Origin: Actinomycetota bacterium
GTDB taxonomy: Bacteria > Actinomycetota > Thermoleophilia > Solirubrobacterales > 70-9
NCBI GenBank assembly: GCA_047519745.1
Contig: JAPVSJ010000109.1
Span: 6,326 to 70,325, forward strand
DNA length: 64,000 nucleotides
Direction: 5' to 3'
Shown in pieces: positions 53,459-63,293 of the stretch (the stretch's first letter is position 1; every line of letters starts with the position of its first letter). The notes below the pieces were generated by a model, which had not been told where the DNA came from, made no database searches, and worked only from the letters and a program-made list of their open reading frames with translations. The position numbers and the translations under genes are program-made.

Positions 53459-53792
53459 CGAACTCCCCCATCCCGATCTCGGTCAGGAAATCGCCGGCGC
53501 TCAGCCGCTCACCGTCGCTCTCTGCGAAACGCTGCTGCAGGAACAACGCAAGGCCGGCATTCTCGAGCTCCTCTTCCAGCTCCTCGATCCGGTCCTTGGC
53601 GGCAACCAGGTCAACGGTGGGGACCAGTGACGCCGACCCCTCCTGGCCCCGCGTAGCAATCCGGACCACGTTGCTCTCCAGGTCAGGAGAGGGCTTGCGC
53701 CGCGAGGACGCCTTCTTGACGAGCTGCGGCAAGCTGCGTCGCGCCTCGCTCGTTCCGAGCGCTGTCGGCTTCTCACCTCGGGCGGCTGCCAT
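53436..53792 (-). CDS. Phd/YefM-type antitoxin
   Basis: GTSEARRSLPQLVKKA...VVRIATRGQEG.ASLVP..DL; lies upstream of the RelE/ParE gene. Confidence 0.65.
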   Translation of the reverse strand: MAAARGEKPTALGTSEARRSLPQLVKKASSRRKPSPDLESNVVRIATRGQEGSASLVPTVDLVAAKDRIEELEEELENAGLALFLQQRFAESDGERLSAGDFLTEIGMGEFVEQLPGG

Positions 53793-54075
53793 GCGACAAG
53801 GGTACCACTAGTTGTACGAGTCGCTCACGGTCGAATCGAGTGAGCCCGGTGATAATCGCCCCCCCCGGCGGACTCGAGCGCAAGGAGCCAGGCGAAGGTC
53901 GCCTGATTGGGGGCCGAGGAGGGTCGGGTGTGGCCAGCGAGTCGAGTGTTGCAACGAGCGAGGCCTGTGAACCGGGGCTTGCGCGGTGAGACCTTTCTCA
54001 CCGCGACGTTAGAGATGCGTTAGGTGGCAAAAATAGCTTCGCGCGCTCTGATCAACCGACCAAGGGAATGAAACT

Positions 54076-54618
54076 TTGAACCGGATATTGATGAAGGGCA
54101 TGGTGGGGTCACTCGTCATCGCGGCCACCGCGCTGGCGATCGCGGGTTGCGGTGGCAGCTCTGCGACGGGTGCCTCGACGGCAGCAAGCACGGCAAGCGG
54201 GACCCAGGCCGCCGCGAAGTCGGCGCCGTCGCTGGTCATCGGGACCTACAAGACTGCCGAAGATGGCACGCTCATCACCGGCGCCAACAACAGGACGCTC
54301 TACGTGTTCAAGCCGGACGAAAAGTCCACGTCCGCGCACGAGAAGTTGAGCACCTGCAAGGGCGCCTGCGCAGCGGTGTGGCCACCGGTGCTCGCCTCCA
54401 GCACTCCGGCGGTGGCTGGTGAAGCCAACGCGTCCCTCATCGGCTTGACGACGCGCACCGACGGCAAGAAGCAGGTCACCTACAACGGCCTCCCTCTTTA
54501 CTACTACACGGCCGACAAGAAGGCGGGCCAGGCCACGGGCAACCATCTCAAGGACGGCTTCGGGCTCTGGACCGGAATGCTCCCGAGCGGCAAGCTCGCT
54601 CCGGACGGCGCCGATTGA
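54076..54618 (+). CDS. lipoprotein with Yx(FWY)xxD repeats (COG4315-type)
   Basis: Lipobox IAGCGG. Repeats RTLYVFKPDEK and LPLYYYTADKKAGQATGN. Confidence 0.8.
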   Translation: MNRILMKGMVGSLVIAATALAIAGCGGSSATGASTAASTASGTQAAAKSAPSLVIGTYKTAEDGTLITGANNRTLYVFKPDEKSTSAHEKLSTCKGACAAVWPPVLASSTPAVAGEANASLIGLTTRTDGKKQVTYNGLPLYYYTADKKAGQATGNHLKDGFGLWTGMLPSGKLAPDGAD

Positions 54619-54721
54619 GGTAGGCGGAAGCAAGCAGCGGGTCGGGGGTACCGACGGGGCCCCCGGCGCTGCTGCGTCTCCGTCAAACCCGACCCAAGCC
54701 GGGATCTACCCCTTGACGAAG

Positions 54722-54783
54722 CGGGAGCGACGGGGCTCGAACCCGCAACCTCCAGCGTGACAACCTGAGGTTTCGGCGTTCCC
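54722..54783 (-). pseudogene. decayed tRNA-Asp(GTC)-like remnant
   Basis: Reverse strand reads GGGAACG-CC-GAAACCTCAGG-TTGTCAC-GCTGGAGGTT-GCGGG-TTCGAGC-CCCGT-CGCTCCC-G. The T arm, acceptor 3' strand and a GTC anticodon loop are intact. The D arm is missing and there are mismatches in the acceptor and anticodon stems. Confidence 0.55.
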
Positions 54784-54791
54784 GAGCCCGC

Positions 54792-55493
54792 TTACGCCGC
54801 GAAGCGGTAGCCGACGCCGGGATCGGTGCGAATGTAATGGGGGCCACCGGGGGGCTCGATCTTGCGGCGCAGGTTGGCTACGTGGGCGCGGAGGACCTGG
54901 AGGTCGTCGGCGTAGGCCGGGCCCCAGACCTCGGCGAGCAGGACGCTGTGCGTCATCAGCCGGCCCCTGTTCTGGGCGAGGGTGCGCAGCAGCTCGAACT
55001 CGGTCGGCGTCAGGTGGACCGGCTCGCCGTCGCGACGGACGCTGCGCGCCGCGAGGTCGATCTCGAGGCCCTCGGCGACGATCTTCGGCTCCGAGGCCTC
55101 TGGCTTGGCCCGCCGCAGCACGGCCTCGAGCCGCGCCACCAGCTCCGGCGGGCCGAAGGGCTTGGTCACGTAGTCGTCGGCGCCGGCGGCGAGGGCGCGC
55201 ACCTTCGCCTCCTCCTCGCCGACCGCGGAGAGGACGATGATCGGCATCTCGCTCCACTCGCGCAGCCGCTCGGTCACCTCGACCCCGTCGATGTCGGGCA
55301 GCATCAGGTCGACGATCGCCGCGGCCGGTGGCTTGACCGCGGCGCTGTCGAGCGCCTCCTCCCCGCTGGCCACCGGGACCGCCTCGTAGCCGGCGTCGCG
55401 GAGGATGACCTTGAGCGCGCGGAGGATCTGCGGCTCGTCGTCGCAGACGAGGACCCGCGCGGCGCCGTTCACGCGGCGGCCCGCTCGCCGCAC
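54792..55493 (-). CDS. OmpR-family response regulator (KdpE-like)
   Basis: Receiver VLVCDDEPQI...DLMLPDIDG plus the winged-helix output LTPTEFELLRTLAQNRGRLMTHSVLL..VWG. 25-nt overlap with the upstream kinase gene. Confidence 0.9.
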   Translation of the reverse strand: MRRAGRRVNGAARVLVCDDEPQILRALKVILRDAGYEAVPVASGEEALDSAAVKPPAAAIVDLMLPDIDGVEVTERLREWSEMPIIVLSAVGEEEAKVRALAAGADDYVTKPFGPPELVARLEAVLRRAKPEASEPKIVAEGLEIDLAARSVRRDGEPVHLTPTEFELLRTLAQNRGRLMTHSVLLAEVWGPAYADDLQVLRAHVANLRRKIEPPGGPHYIRTDPGVGYRFAA

Positions 55494-56623
55494 GGAAAGC
55501 CGACGACGAAGCTCGACCCCTGGCCGACCACCGACTCAACCGCGATCTCGCCGCCGTTGGCCTCGACGAAGCCCCTGGCGATCGCCAGTCCTAGACCAGA
55601 GCCTGCCCCCGCCCCGTTCGCCGCCCCGCTCTGGAAGGGCTCGAAGATCCGCTCCCACTCGCTCTCCGGTATGCCCGGGCCCTGGTCGACCACGCGGATC
55701 GCGATCTTCTCACCGACCAGCCGCGAGCGCACGGTGACCGGCCTGCCGCCGCCATGCCGGATCGCGTTCTCGAGCAGGTTGGCGAAGGCGCGCTCGAGCT
55801 GGGCGGCGTCTGCCTCGACGGCCGGCAGGTCGCGATCGAGGACCAGCCGCACCAGCTCGGGCCGGGTGACGGCCTCGCGGGCGACGTCGAGCACCTCGCC
55901 GAGGTCGGTCTGCTCGCGGTGCGGCTTGGCCTTGCCCGCCTCCAGCCGCGACATGTCGAGCAGGTTCTCGACCAGGCGCGAGAGCCGCTCGCCCTCGGCG
56001 ACGATCGCCGCGCTCAGCTCCGCCCTCTCTGCGTCGGTGAGCGTTGCCGAGCCAAGCGCCGTGCCACCGGCGATGATCGAGGTGAGTGGGGTGCGCAGGT
56101 CGTGGGAGATCGAGCGCAGCAGCGCCGTCTTCAGCTCGTCGCTGCGCCGCAGCGCCTCGGCCTCGACCATCTCCTCCTGCATCCGGTCGCGCTCGCGGGA
56201 GAGGGCGGCGAGCTCGGCCAGCGCCCGGTCGGCGTCCTCGCGCCGCCGCTCAGCCTCGAGGGCCTGGCCCCGCGCCAACCCGGCGAGCGCGCTGCTGGCC
56301 ACCGCGACGATCGCGAAGATCGCCAGCGCGACCCAGTTCTGGTCGCTGCCGATCGTGAAGCGGTGCAGCGGCGGGATGTGGAAGAAGTTGAAGGCGACGA
56401 CGCTGACGAGCGAGGCGAGCAGGCCGAGCCGCAGCCCCCAGAAGATCGAGATCGCCAGGATCGCGGGCAGGTAGACGACGCCGAGCGAGACGACCGGCGA
56501 GATCGGCTTCAGCAGGTAGACGATCAGCGTGCTCGCCGCGACCGCGACGAGCGTCGCCAGCAAGCCGAGCCAGAGCGGGGGCGGCTCGCCCCCGAGGCCA
56601 AGTGACCATTCGCGCCGGTGCAT
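55469..56623 (-). CDS. sensor histidine kinase with a DUF4118-type membrane domain (KdpD C-terminal-half-like)
   Basis: Membrane region LKPISPVVSLGVVYLPAILAISIFWGLRLG..., H-box LRSISHDLRTPLTSI, and ATPase motifs NLLENAIRH and GSGLGLAIARGF. Confidence 0.85.
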   Translation of the reverse strand: MHRREWSLGLGGEPPPLWLGLLATLVAVAASTLIVYLLKPISPVVSLGVVYLPAILAISIFWGLRLGLLASLVSVVAFNFFHIPPLHRFTIGSDQNWVALAIFAIVAVASSALAGLARGQALEAERRREDADRALAELAALSRERDRMQEEMVEAEALRRSDELKTALLRSISHDLRTPLTSIIAGGTALGSATLTDAERAELSAAIVAEGERLSRLVENLLDMSRLEAGKAKPHREQTDLGEVLDVAREAVTRPELVRLVLDRDLPAVEADAAQLERAFANLLENAIRHGGGRPVTVRSRLVGEKIAIRVVDQGPGIPESEWERIFEPFQSGAANGAGAGSGLGLAIARGFVEANGGEIAVESVVGQGSSFVVGFPCGERAAA

Positions 56624-56672
56624 CGCGCCTACAGCGTACGGCGAGGCCGGACCTGCCCCGCGGCGAGAATGC

Positions 56673-58634
56673 CTACACCTCGATCAGCGAGCCCATGATC
56701 ACGGTGCGGTCGCGGGGCAGGCCGAAGTATTCGGCGGCGTCGGCGGTGATGTGCGACATCGCAACGAAGAGGCGCTTGCGCCAGCGGGTCATGCCGGGGG
56801 CGTCGCCGGGCCGCAGCTCGATCGTCGAGAGGAAGTAGGAGGCTTCGTCGACCTCGAGCGGGCACTCGAGCCCCGCCGCGTCGGCCAGGCGCAGGGCGCC
56901 CGGGACGTCGGGCTGCTGCATGTAGCCGAAGCGGGCCGTGACGTGGCTGATGCCGTCGTCGCCGTAGCCGAGATCGTCGACCGCAAGGCGCTCGGCGGCC
57001 GCGACCTGGGGAACCGGCAGCGTCTCGATCGAGAGGATGACGACGTGCTCGTGCAAGATCCGGTTGTGCTCGACATTGGCCCGCATCGCCAGCGGCGTCG
57101 TCGTCTTGTTGCGGTTGAGGAAGACCGCCGTGCCGGGGGTCCGCTGCAACGGCGGGCGGCGCTCGTGCAGCGCGTCGACGAACTCGCGCAGCGAGCCCTC
57201 CTCGCGCTCGCGCCGCGCCGTCACCAGCTCGCGCCCGCGCTGCCAGGTCGTCAGCGCGGTGAACACGGTCACGGCGATCAGCAGCGGCAGCCAGGCGCCG
57301 TGCGCGATCTTGGTCGTGTTCGCGGCGAGGAAGAGCAGGTCGACGGTGAGCAGCGCTCCCGCCCCGCCGAGGACCAGCCAGAGCGGTTTCCCCCACTGGC
57401 GGCGGACGATGTAGAAGAAGAGCAGCGTCGTGATCGTGATCGTCCCCGTCACCGCCATGCCGAAGGCGAAGGCGAGCGCGGCCGAGCTCTCGAAGGCGAA
57501 GACGAGGGTCAAGACCGATACCATCAGCAGCCAGTTGATCCAGGGCACGTAGATCTGCCCGACGGTCTCGCTCGAGGTGTGGGCGATCCGCAGCCGCGGC
57601 AGGTAGCCGAGCTGCACCGCCTGGTGGGCGACCGAGAAGGCGCCGGTGATCACCGCCTGGGAGGCGATCACGGTCGCCGCGGTGGCGAGGAAGACCATCG
57701 GCAGGCGCCCCCAGTGGGGCACGAGGAGGAAGAACGGGCTGGCGATGTTGGCGCCCGGGTTGCCGAGGATCAGCGCCCCCTGGCCCATGTAGTTGAGGAT
57801 CAGGGCCGGGAAGACGAGCAGCAGCCAGGCGCGCGTGATCGGCGCCCGGCCGAAGTGGCCCATGTCGGCGTAGAGCGCCTCGGCGCCGGTGATCGCGAGG
57901 ACGACGGCCGCCAGTGAGAAGAAGGCGGTCGAGAAGTGGCCGCCGAGGAACCCGAGGGCGTAAGTCGGTGAGAGCGCCTTGAGGATCTCGGGGTGCAGCG
58001 CGATGCCGGAGATGCCGCAGGCGCCGATCACCGTGAACCAGACGACCATCACCGGCCCGAACATCCGCCCGACCGCCGCGGTCCCGAGCCGCTGGGTGGC
58101 GAAGAGGACGACGATGATCGCCGCCGTGATCGGCACGATCAGGTGCTGCAGCGAGGGCTGCACGACCTTCAGCCCTTCAACCGCCGAGAGCACCGAGATC
58201 GCCGGCGTGATCATGCTGTCGCCGAAGAAGAGCGAGGCGCCGAAGATGCCGAGCGCGGCGAGCGCCAGCTTAGTCCGCCGCCCGCCGGTGATCCCGCCGC
58301 GCCGGATCAGCGTGATCAGCGCCATGATCCCGCCCTCGCCCTCGTTGTCGGCGCGCATCACCAGCAGCACGTAGGTCAGCGTGACGACGATCGTCACGCT
58401 CCAGAAGATCAGCGAGATGACGCCGAAGATGCTCTCGGTGTTCGCCGAGACCGGGTGCGGATCGCTCGGGTTGAAGACGGTCTGGACGGTGTAGAGCGGG
58501 CTGGTGCCGATGTCGCCGAAGACGACCCCGAGCGCGCCGAGGACGAGCGCCGCCCGCGCCGGATTGCGCAAGGTCGCGCCGGGGGTGTCGGTATCTCTGC
58601 TCACTGGCGCCCTCGAAGCCGGGGGCGCCAGCAC
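56673..58634 (-). CDS. kup: KUP/HAK/KT family potassium transporter
   Basis: LGALGVVFGDIGTSPLYT..., a polytopic body and a cytosolic C-terminal domain. Confidence 0.95.
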   Translation of the reverse strand: MLAPPASRAPVSRDTDTPGATLRNPARAALVLGALGVVFGDIGTSPLYTVQTVFNPSDPHPVSANTESIFGVISLIFWSVTIVVTLTYVLLVMRADNEGEGGIMALITLIRRGGITGGRRTKLALAALGIFGASLFFGDSMITPAISVLSAVEGLKVVQPSLQHLIVPITAAIIVVLFATQRLGTAAVGRMFGPVMVVWFTVIGACGISGIALHPEILKALSPTYALGFLGGHFSTAFFSLAAVVLAITGAEALYADMGHFGRAPITRAWLLLVFPALILNYMGQGALILGNPGANIASPFFLLVPHWGRLPMVFLATAATVIASQAVITGAFSVAHQAVQLGYLPRLRIAHTSSETVGQIYVPWINWLLMVSVLTLVFAFESSAALAFAFGMAVTGTITITTLLFFYIVRRQWGKPLWLVLGGAGALLTVDLLFLAANTTKIAHGAWLPLLIAVTVFTALTTWQRGRELVTARREREEGSLREFVDALHERRPPLQRTPGTAVFLNRNKTTTPLAMRANVEHNRILHEHVVILSIETLPVPQVAAAERLAVDDLGYGDDGISHVTARFGYMQQPDVPGALRLADAAGLECPLEVDEASYFLSTIELRPGDAPGMTRWRKRLFVAMSHITADAAEYFGLPRDRTVIMGSLIEV

Positions 58635-58663
58635 GTATACCGGATCGGGTAGATGATCCCAGC

Positions 58664-59665
58664 ATGGAACTGGCGCTTGCCATCGCCTTCTCCATCGCCT
58701 TCGCGCTGACCAACGGGTTCCACGACGCCGCCAACGCGATCGCCACCCTGGTCGCGACGCGGGGTGCGCGACCCGGCCAGGCGATCGTCCTCTCCGCCAC
58801 GTTCAACATGCTCGGGGCGCTGCTGGTCGGCACCGCCGTCGCCGACACGATCGCCGGGATCGTGCAGGTACCGCCCGCGCAGGCGATCGAGGTAATCGGC
58901 TCCGGCGTGCTCGCGGCGACGCTGTGGAACCTGCTGACCTGGTGGCGCGGCCTGCCCTCGAGCTCCGCCCACGCGCTGGTCGGGGGGCTCGTCGGCGCCG
59001 CGATCGTCGAGGCCGGCAGCGGCGCCGTCCAGTGGGGAGGCCTCGACGGGATCAAGCCGGTCGGCGTCTTCGGGGTGCTGATCGCGCTCGCGGTCTCGCC
59101 GGTCCTGGGGCTGGGCTTCGGACTCCTCCTCGCCCGCCTCGACCGGCGGGCGCTGCGGCGCGCGACCAAACGCGTCAAGGGGCCGATCCGCGGCGCCGAG
59201 TGGGCGATGTCGGCGGCGCTCTCCTTCGGCCACGGCGCCAACGACGGCCAGAAGGCGATGGGGGTGATCGCGGCGCTGCTGCTGGCCAGCGGCCACATCG
59301 ACACCCTCACCGTGCCGCTCTGGGTCAAGTTCGCCTGCGGCGGCGCGCTGACGCTCGGCACGGCGATGGGCGGCTGGCGGATCATCCGCACGATCGGGCG
59401 GCGCATCTTCCGCCTGGCGCCGCTCGACGGCTTCGCCAGCCAGAGCGCCTCGACCGCGGTGATCCTGCCAGCCACCTACCTCGGCGCACCGGTCTCGACG
59501 ACGCAGGTCGTCGCCTCCTCGGTCGTCGGCGTCGGCGGCGGACGGCGGCGCTGGCATCACGTACGCTGGGCCGTCGTCCGCTCGATCGCCTTCGCCTGGG
59601 TCCTGACCCTGCCCGCCGCAGCGGCGATCGGAGCGATAATGCTCGTCATCTGGAGGGCGATTTGA
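58664..59665 (+). CDS. inorganic phosphate transporter, PiT (PHO4) family
   Basis: ALTNGFHDAANAIATLV and SFGHGANDGQKAMG repeats. Confidence 0.9.
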   Translation: MELALAIAFSIAFALTNGFHDAANAIATLVATRGARPGQAIVLSATFNMLGALLVGTAVADTIAGIVQVPPAQAIEVIGSGVLAATLWNLLTWWRGLPSSSAHALVGGLVGAAIVEAGSGAVQWGGLDGIKPVGVFGVLIALAVSPVLGLGFGLLLARLDRRALRRATKRVKGPIRGAEWAMSAALSFGHGANDGQKAMGVIAALLLASGHIDTLTVPLWVKFACGGALTLGTAMGGWRIIRTIGRRIFRLAPLDGFASQSASTAVILPATYLGAPVSTTQVVASSVVGVGGGRRRWHHVRWAVVRSIAFAWVLTLPAAAAIGAIMLVIWRAI

Positions 59666-60288
59666 GCAAGGGCTCCAAGCGCACGCACTGGTTCCTCCCG
59701 CGTTCGGCGGACGTGCTGGGAATGCTGCGCCGGCAGGCCGCGATCACGGTCGAGGGGATGGACGAGCTGGTCGCCTGGGCAAGCGGCGAGGATGCGGCGG
59801 CCGAACGCCTGCGCCTCTGCGAGCACCGAGGGGACAAGAGCAAGCGCGAGCTGCGCGAAGCGCTGACCGACGCCTTCTCGACCCCGCTCGAGCTGGAGGA
59901 CATCTTCGAGCTCTCGCGCGGCATCGACGAAATCCTCAACGACGCCAAGAACACGGTCGGCGAGGCGGAGGCGATGGAGACCGCGCCCGACGAGGCGATC
60001 GCCGAGATGGCCGCCCAGCTCGCCGCCGGCACGCGGCAGCTGGCGCATGCCCTGGAACTGCTCGAGGCGGACGACCGCGCCGCGGCCACGGATGCCGCCG
60101 ACCGCGCGGTCAAGGAGCAGCGCCACCTCCAGCACACCTACCGGGCCGCGATGTCGGCCCTGATCGAGGTCGAGGACCAGCGCGAGCTCGCCGCCCGTCG
60201 CGAGCTATACCGGCGCATGGCCCGTGCCGGCGACGAACTCGTCGCGGTCGCCGAGCGGGTCTGGTACTCGGTCCTGAAGGAAAGCTGA
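59662..60288 (+). CDS. DUF47 / PhoU-like Pit accessory protein
   Basis: In-frame TTG at 59662 overlaps the Pit stop. FLPRSADVLGMLRRQAAITVEG... and a four-helix-bundle-like sequence to ...AERVWYSVLKES. Confidence 0.75.
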   Translation: MSKGSKRTHWFLPRSADVLGMLRRQAAITVEGMDELVAWASGEDAAAERLRLCEHRGDKSKRELREALTDAFSTPLELEDIFELSRGIDEILNDAKNTVGEAEAMETAPDEAIAEMAAQLAAGTRQLAHALELLEADDRAAATDAADRAVKEQRHLQHTYRAAMSALIEVEDQRELAARRELYRRMARAGDELVAVAERVWYSVLKES

Positions 60289-60315
60289 GCCAGCGCCGGG
60301 TGGCGCGCCGGCGAA

Positions 60316-61611
60316 TCAAAGTACGGCCAGGACGCCAAGGGCGAGGACCGAGGCGGCGACCACGCCCAGCGCCAGCGCCGTGCTGATGCGATCGAAGCGC
60401 CCGAGGGCGTTCTCGCCCATCAGCTCGCGGTCCTTGGCGAGCGAGCGGACGAAGGGCAGGAAGACGAGCAGCAGGACGGCGTTGAGCGCCTGGGAGAGGA
60501 AGAGGATCTGGATCAGCGGTGCGCCCGGGATGAGGACCACGCCGGCGGCGACGACGACCACGGCGCCGAAGCTGAGGTAGAAGGTGCGCGCCTCGGCGAA
60601 GCTGTCGTCTACGTCGGCGCGGCGGCCAAAGGTCTCGGAGACCGAGTAGGCGGTCGAGAGCGGCACGATCGCCGCGGCGAGCAAAGCCGCGCCGAGGAAG
60701 CCGACGCCGAACAGCGTCGCCGCGGCGTCGCCGGCCAGCGGTTCGAGCGCGCGGGCCGCGTCGGCGGCGGAGTTGACGTCGATGCCGCCTGCGTGCAGCG
60801 TCGCCGCGCAGGCGATGACGACGAAGAAGCCGATCACGCCGGTCAGCACGGCGCCGACGATCACGTCGGCGCGCTCGTAGCGCAGGTCTTTCAGATGCAG
60901 GCGCTTGTCGACCGCGTAGGACTGGATGAAGGCCAGACCCCACGGCGCCAGCGTCGTGCCGACCGTGGCCACCGCGACCAGCACTGCGTCGCGGTTCACC
61001 GGGATGCTGGGAACCACGAGGCCCTTGGCGGCGGCGCCCCAATCGGGGTGGGCGAGCACGCCGGCGACGACGTAGGAGACGAAGACCGAGCTGAGCAGGA
61101 GGAGGAAGTGCTCGACGTAGCGGAAGCTGCCGCGCAGGACCAGCGCCGACACTCCGGCGGCTGCCAGGGGCACGCTGACGTACTTGCTCATCCCGCCGAG
61201 CAGGTCCATCCCGGCGGCGACGCCGGCGAACTCGGCGCACATCGTCCCGGTGTTGGCGACGACCAGCGCGGCGAGCACGACCCCCGCGGCGCGCGCCCCG
61301 AAGCGCTCGCGCACCAGCGTCAGCAGCCCCTTGCCGGTGACGATGCCGAGCCGCACCCCGACCTCGTGGAAGACGATCAGCGCGGCGGTGGAGACGGCCA
61401 GGACCCAGAGCAGCTCGTAGCCGTAGCGGGCGCCGAGGATCGAGTAGGTGGCGATCCCGGCCGGGTCGTCGTCGGAGAGGCCGGCCAGGACGCCGGGGCC
61501 GACGACCGCCAGTAGCGCCGCGACGCCCCCGGCGCGGAGCAGCGCATGGCGCCGCCGCGCGACCCGCCAGTGCGTGTGGCGACCGGGGGTGCGATGGGCG
61601 CGGGCGGGCAC
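60316..61611 (-). CDS. NRAMP family divalent metal transporter (MntH-like); start uncertain
   Basis: GPGVLAGLSDDDPAGIATYSILGARYGYELLWVL and VGTTLAPWGLAFIQS. Confidence 0.85.
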   Translation of the reverse strand: MPARAHRTPGRHTHWRVARRRHALLRAGGVAALLAVVGPGVLAGLSDDDPAGIATYSILGARYGYELLWVLAVSTAALIVFHEVGVRLGIVTGKGLLTLVRERFGARAAGVVLAALVVANTGTMCAEFAGVAAGMDLLGGMSKYVSVPLAAAGVSALVLRGSFRYVEHFLLLLSSVFVSYVVAGVLAHPDWGAAAKGLVVPSIPVNRDAVLVAVATVGTTLAPWGLAFIQSYAVDKRLHLKDLRYERADVIVGAVLTGVIGFFVVIACAATLHAGGIDVNSAADAARALEPLAGDAAATLFGVGFLGAALLAAAIVPLSTAYSVSETFGRRADVDDSFAEARTFYLSFGAVVVVAAGVVLIPGAPLIQILFLSQALNAVLLLVFLPFVRSLAKDRELMGENALGRFDRISTALALGVVAASVLALGVLAVL

Positions 61612-61683
61612 GGCCGCCCTACATTGACCGCAGCCGACGACGGAGGCCGCGCGCCGATCGAGTTCCCGATTGCGGGGCTCCGC

Positions 61684-62460
61684 TTAGGAGATGTCGCGAC
61701 GGTCGAAGAGGACCGCCCCGATCGCCGCCACGGCCACGGCGGCGGCGGTGACCCCGACGAAGGCGAGCGGGTCGATGCCGTCTTCGATCGCCTTGCCGTA
61801 GTAGCGGAAGACCGAGCCGTAGCGGATCCAGTCGAGGCTCGTGTCGAGGCGGCCGATCAGGTCCGCCACGTACATCGCGACGAGCAGCCCGGCCACCGAG
61901 CCGGTGACGACGCTGGTGCGCAGCGACCACGCCGTCGCGAGCACGCCGAAGCCGGCGAAGAGCAGCGCCAGCGGCCAGACGTTGGCGTAGCCGGCCAGGG
62001 CGAGGCCGAAGGAGAGCCCGGCGCCGGCCAGCAGGCTGCCGAGCACGCAGATCAGCAGGCCGACGAGGAGCACGGCGGCGAGCTCGACCGCGGCGGCGGC
62101 GAAGCCGGAGGCGACGAGGCGGCGGCGCGAGACCGGCGCCGAGAGCAGCACGTCGAGGCGGCCGCTTTCGGCGGCCCCCGACAGGCCGCTGGCGACCGAG
62201 CGAACGGCCAGGTAGCCGACCGCGAGCGGCACGATCAGGCTCAGCATCTCGGCGTTCAGGTACTGCTCGACGCTGGTCAGTTCGGCGATGCCAAATGCTT
62301 CCTTCAGCGCTTCGGGGTAGGAGGCGACCGCCTTGTTGAGCGCGTCTTCGACCGAGGGGTAGATGGCGACGACGAAGGCCGACCAGAGGCCGATCGGCAA
62401 GCCCCAGGAGAGCAGCGAGCGGCGGCGCTCGCGCAGCTGGTCGATTGCCAGGGCGATCAC
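61684..62460 (-). CDS. ABC-2 type transporter permease
   Basis: Six hydrophobic segments. 4-nt overlap with the upstream ATPase gene. Confidence 0.7.
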   Translation of the reverse strand: MIALAIDQLRERRRSLLSWGLPIGLWSAFVVAIYPSVEDALNKAVASYPEALKEAFGIAELTSVEQYLNAEMLSLIVPLAVGYLAVRSVASGLSGAAESGRLDVLLSAPVSRRRLVASGFAAAAVELAAVLLVGLLICVLGSLLAGAGLSFGLALAGYANVWPLALLFAGFGVLATAWSLRTSVVTGSVAGLLVAMYVADLIGRLDTSLDWIRYGSVFRYYGKAIEDGIDPLAFVGVTAAAVAVAAIGAVLFDRRDIS

Positions 62461-63293
62461 GGCTTCCCCCCCTCCTCCTCGTAGTAGGTGAGGAAGACCT
62501 CCTCCAGGGTCGGGTGGACGTACTCGGCCTTGCTGACCCCGGGAAGGCCCCGCACGTCCTCGAGGTCGACGGGATCGGCGAACTCGACCTCGACCCTGTT
62601 GCGGCGCAGGGTCTTGCCGAGCAGGTCGGCGACCCGCTCGACCGCGATCAGGCTGCCGCCGCGAATGATCCCGACCCGATCGCAGACGCGCTCGACCTCG
62701 TCGAGCTCGTGCGAGGAGAGGAAGACGGCGCAGCCGCGCTCGCGTTCCTCGCGCACCAGCGAGAGGAACTCCTCCTGCATCAGCGGGTCGAGGCCGCTGG
62801 TCGGCTCGTCGAGGATCAGCAGCTCGGGCCGGTGGAAGACGGCGAGGATCAGGCCGACCTTCTGCCGGTTGCCGCGTGAGAGCTGCCCCAGCGGCCGCTC
62901 GAGGTCGGCGCGGAAGCGGCGTGCCAGCTCCTCGGCGCGGTCGGTGTCGGCGATCCCGCGCAGCCGCGTGAGCAGCGAGAGGGCCTCGCGCCCGCTGGCG
63001 TGCTTGCCGTAGCCGAAGTCGCCGGGCAGGTTGCCGAGCCGGGCGCGGATCGCGACGCTGTCGCGGCGGCTGTCGAGGCCGAAGAGGCGCGCCTTGCCGC
63101 GCGTCGGGTGGAGCAGGTCGAGCAGCGTCCGGATCGTCGTCGTCTTGCCCGCCCCGTTGGGCCCGAGGAAGCCGAAGACCTCGCCCGGCTCAACCGCCAG
63201 GGTGACGTCCTCGATGCCGCGCTCGGCGCCGTAGAACTTGGAGAGGCGCTCGGTCTCGATTACCGGCACGGGGCTAACCCGGAGCGACGCCAC
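62457..63293 (-). CDS. ABC transporter ATP-binding protein
   Basis: Walker A GPNGAGKTT, signature LSRGNRQKV, Walker B LLILDEPTSGLD. Confidence 0.95.
   Translation of the reverse strand: MASLRVSPVPVIETERLSKFYGAERGIEDVTLAVEPGEVFGFLGPNGAGKTTTIRTLLDLLHPTRGKARLFGLDSRRDSVAIRARLGNLPGDFGYGKHASGREALSLLTRLRGIADTDRAEELARRFRADLERPLGQLSRGNRQKVGLILAVFHRPELLILDEPTSGLDPLMQEEFLSLVREERERGCAVFLSSHELDEVERVCDRVGIIRGGSLIAVERVADLLGKTLRRNRVEVEFADPVDLEDVRGLPGVSKAEYVHPTLEEVFLTYYEEEGGKP

Noticed and set aside
54722-54783. A functional tRNA-Asp gene
   Set aside because: The candidate is only 62 nt. The D arm is absent, there is an A-C mismatch in the acceptor stem, and the anticodon stem is disrupted. It is therefore called a remnant.
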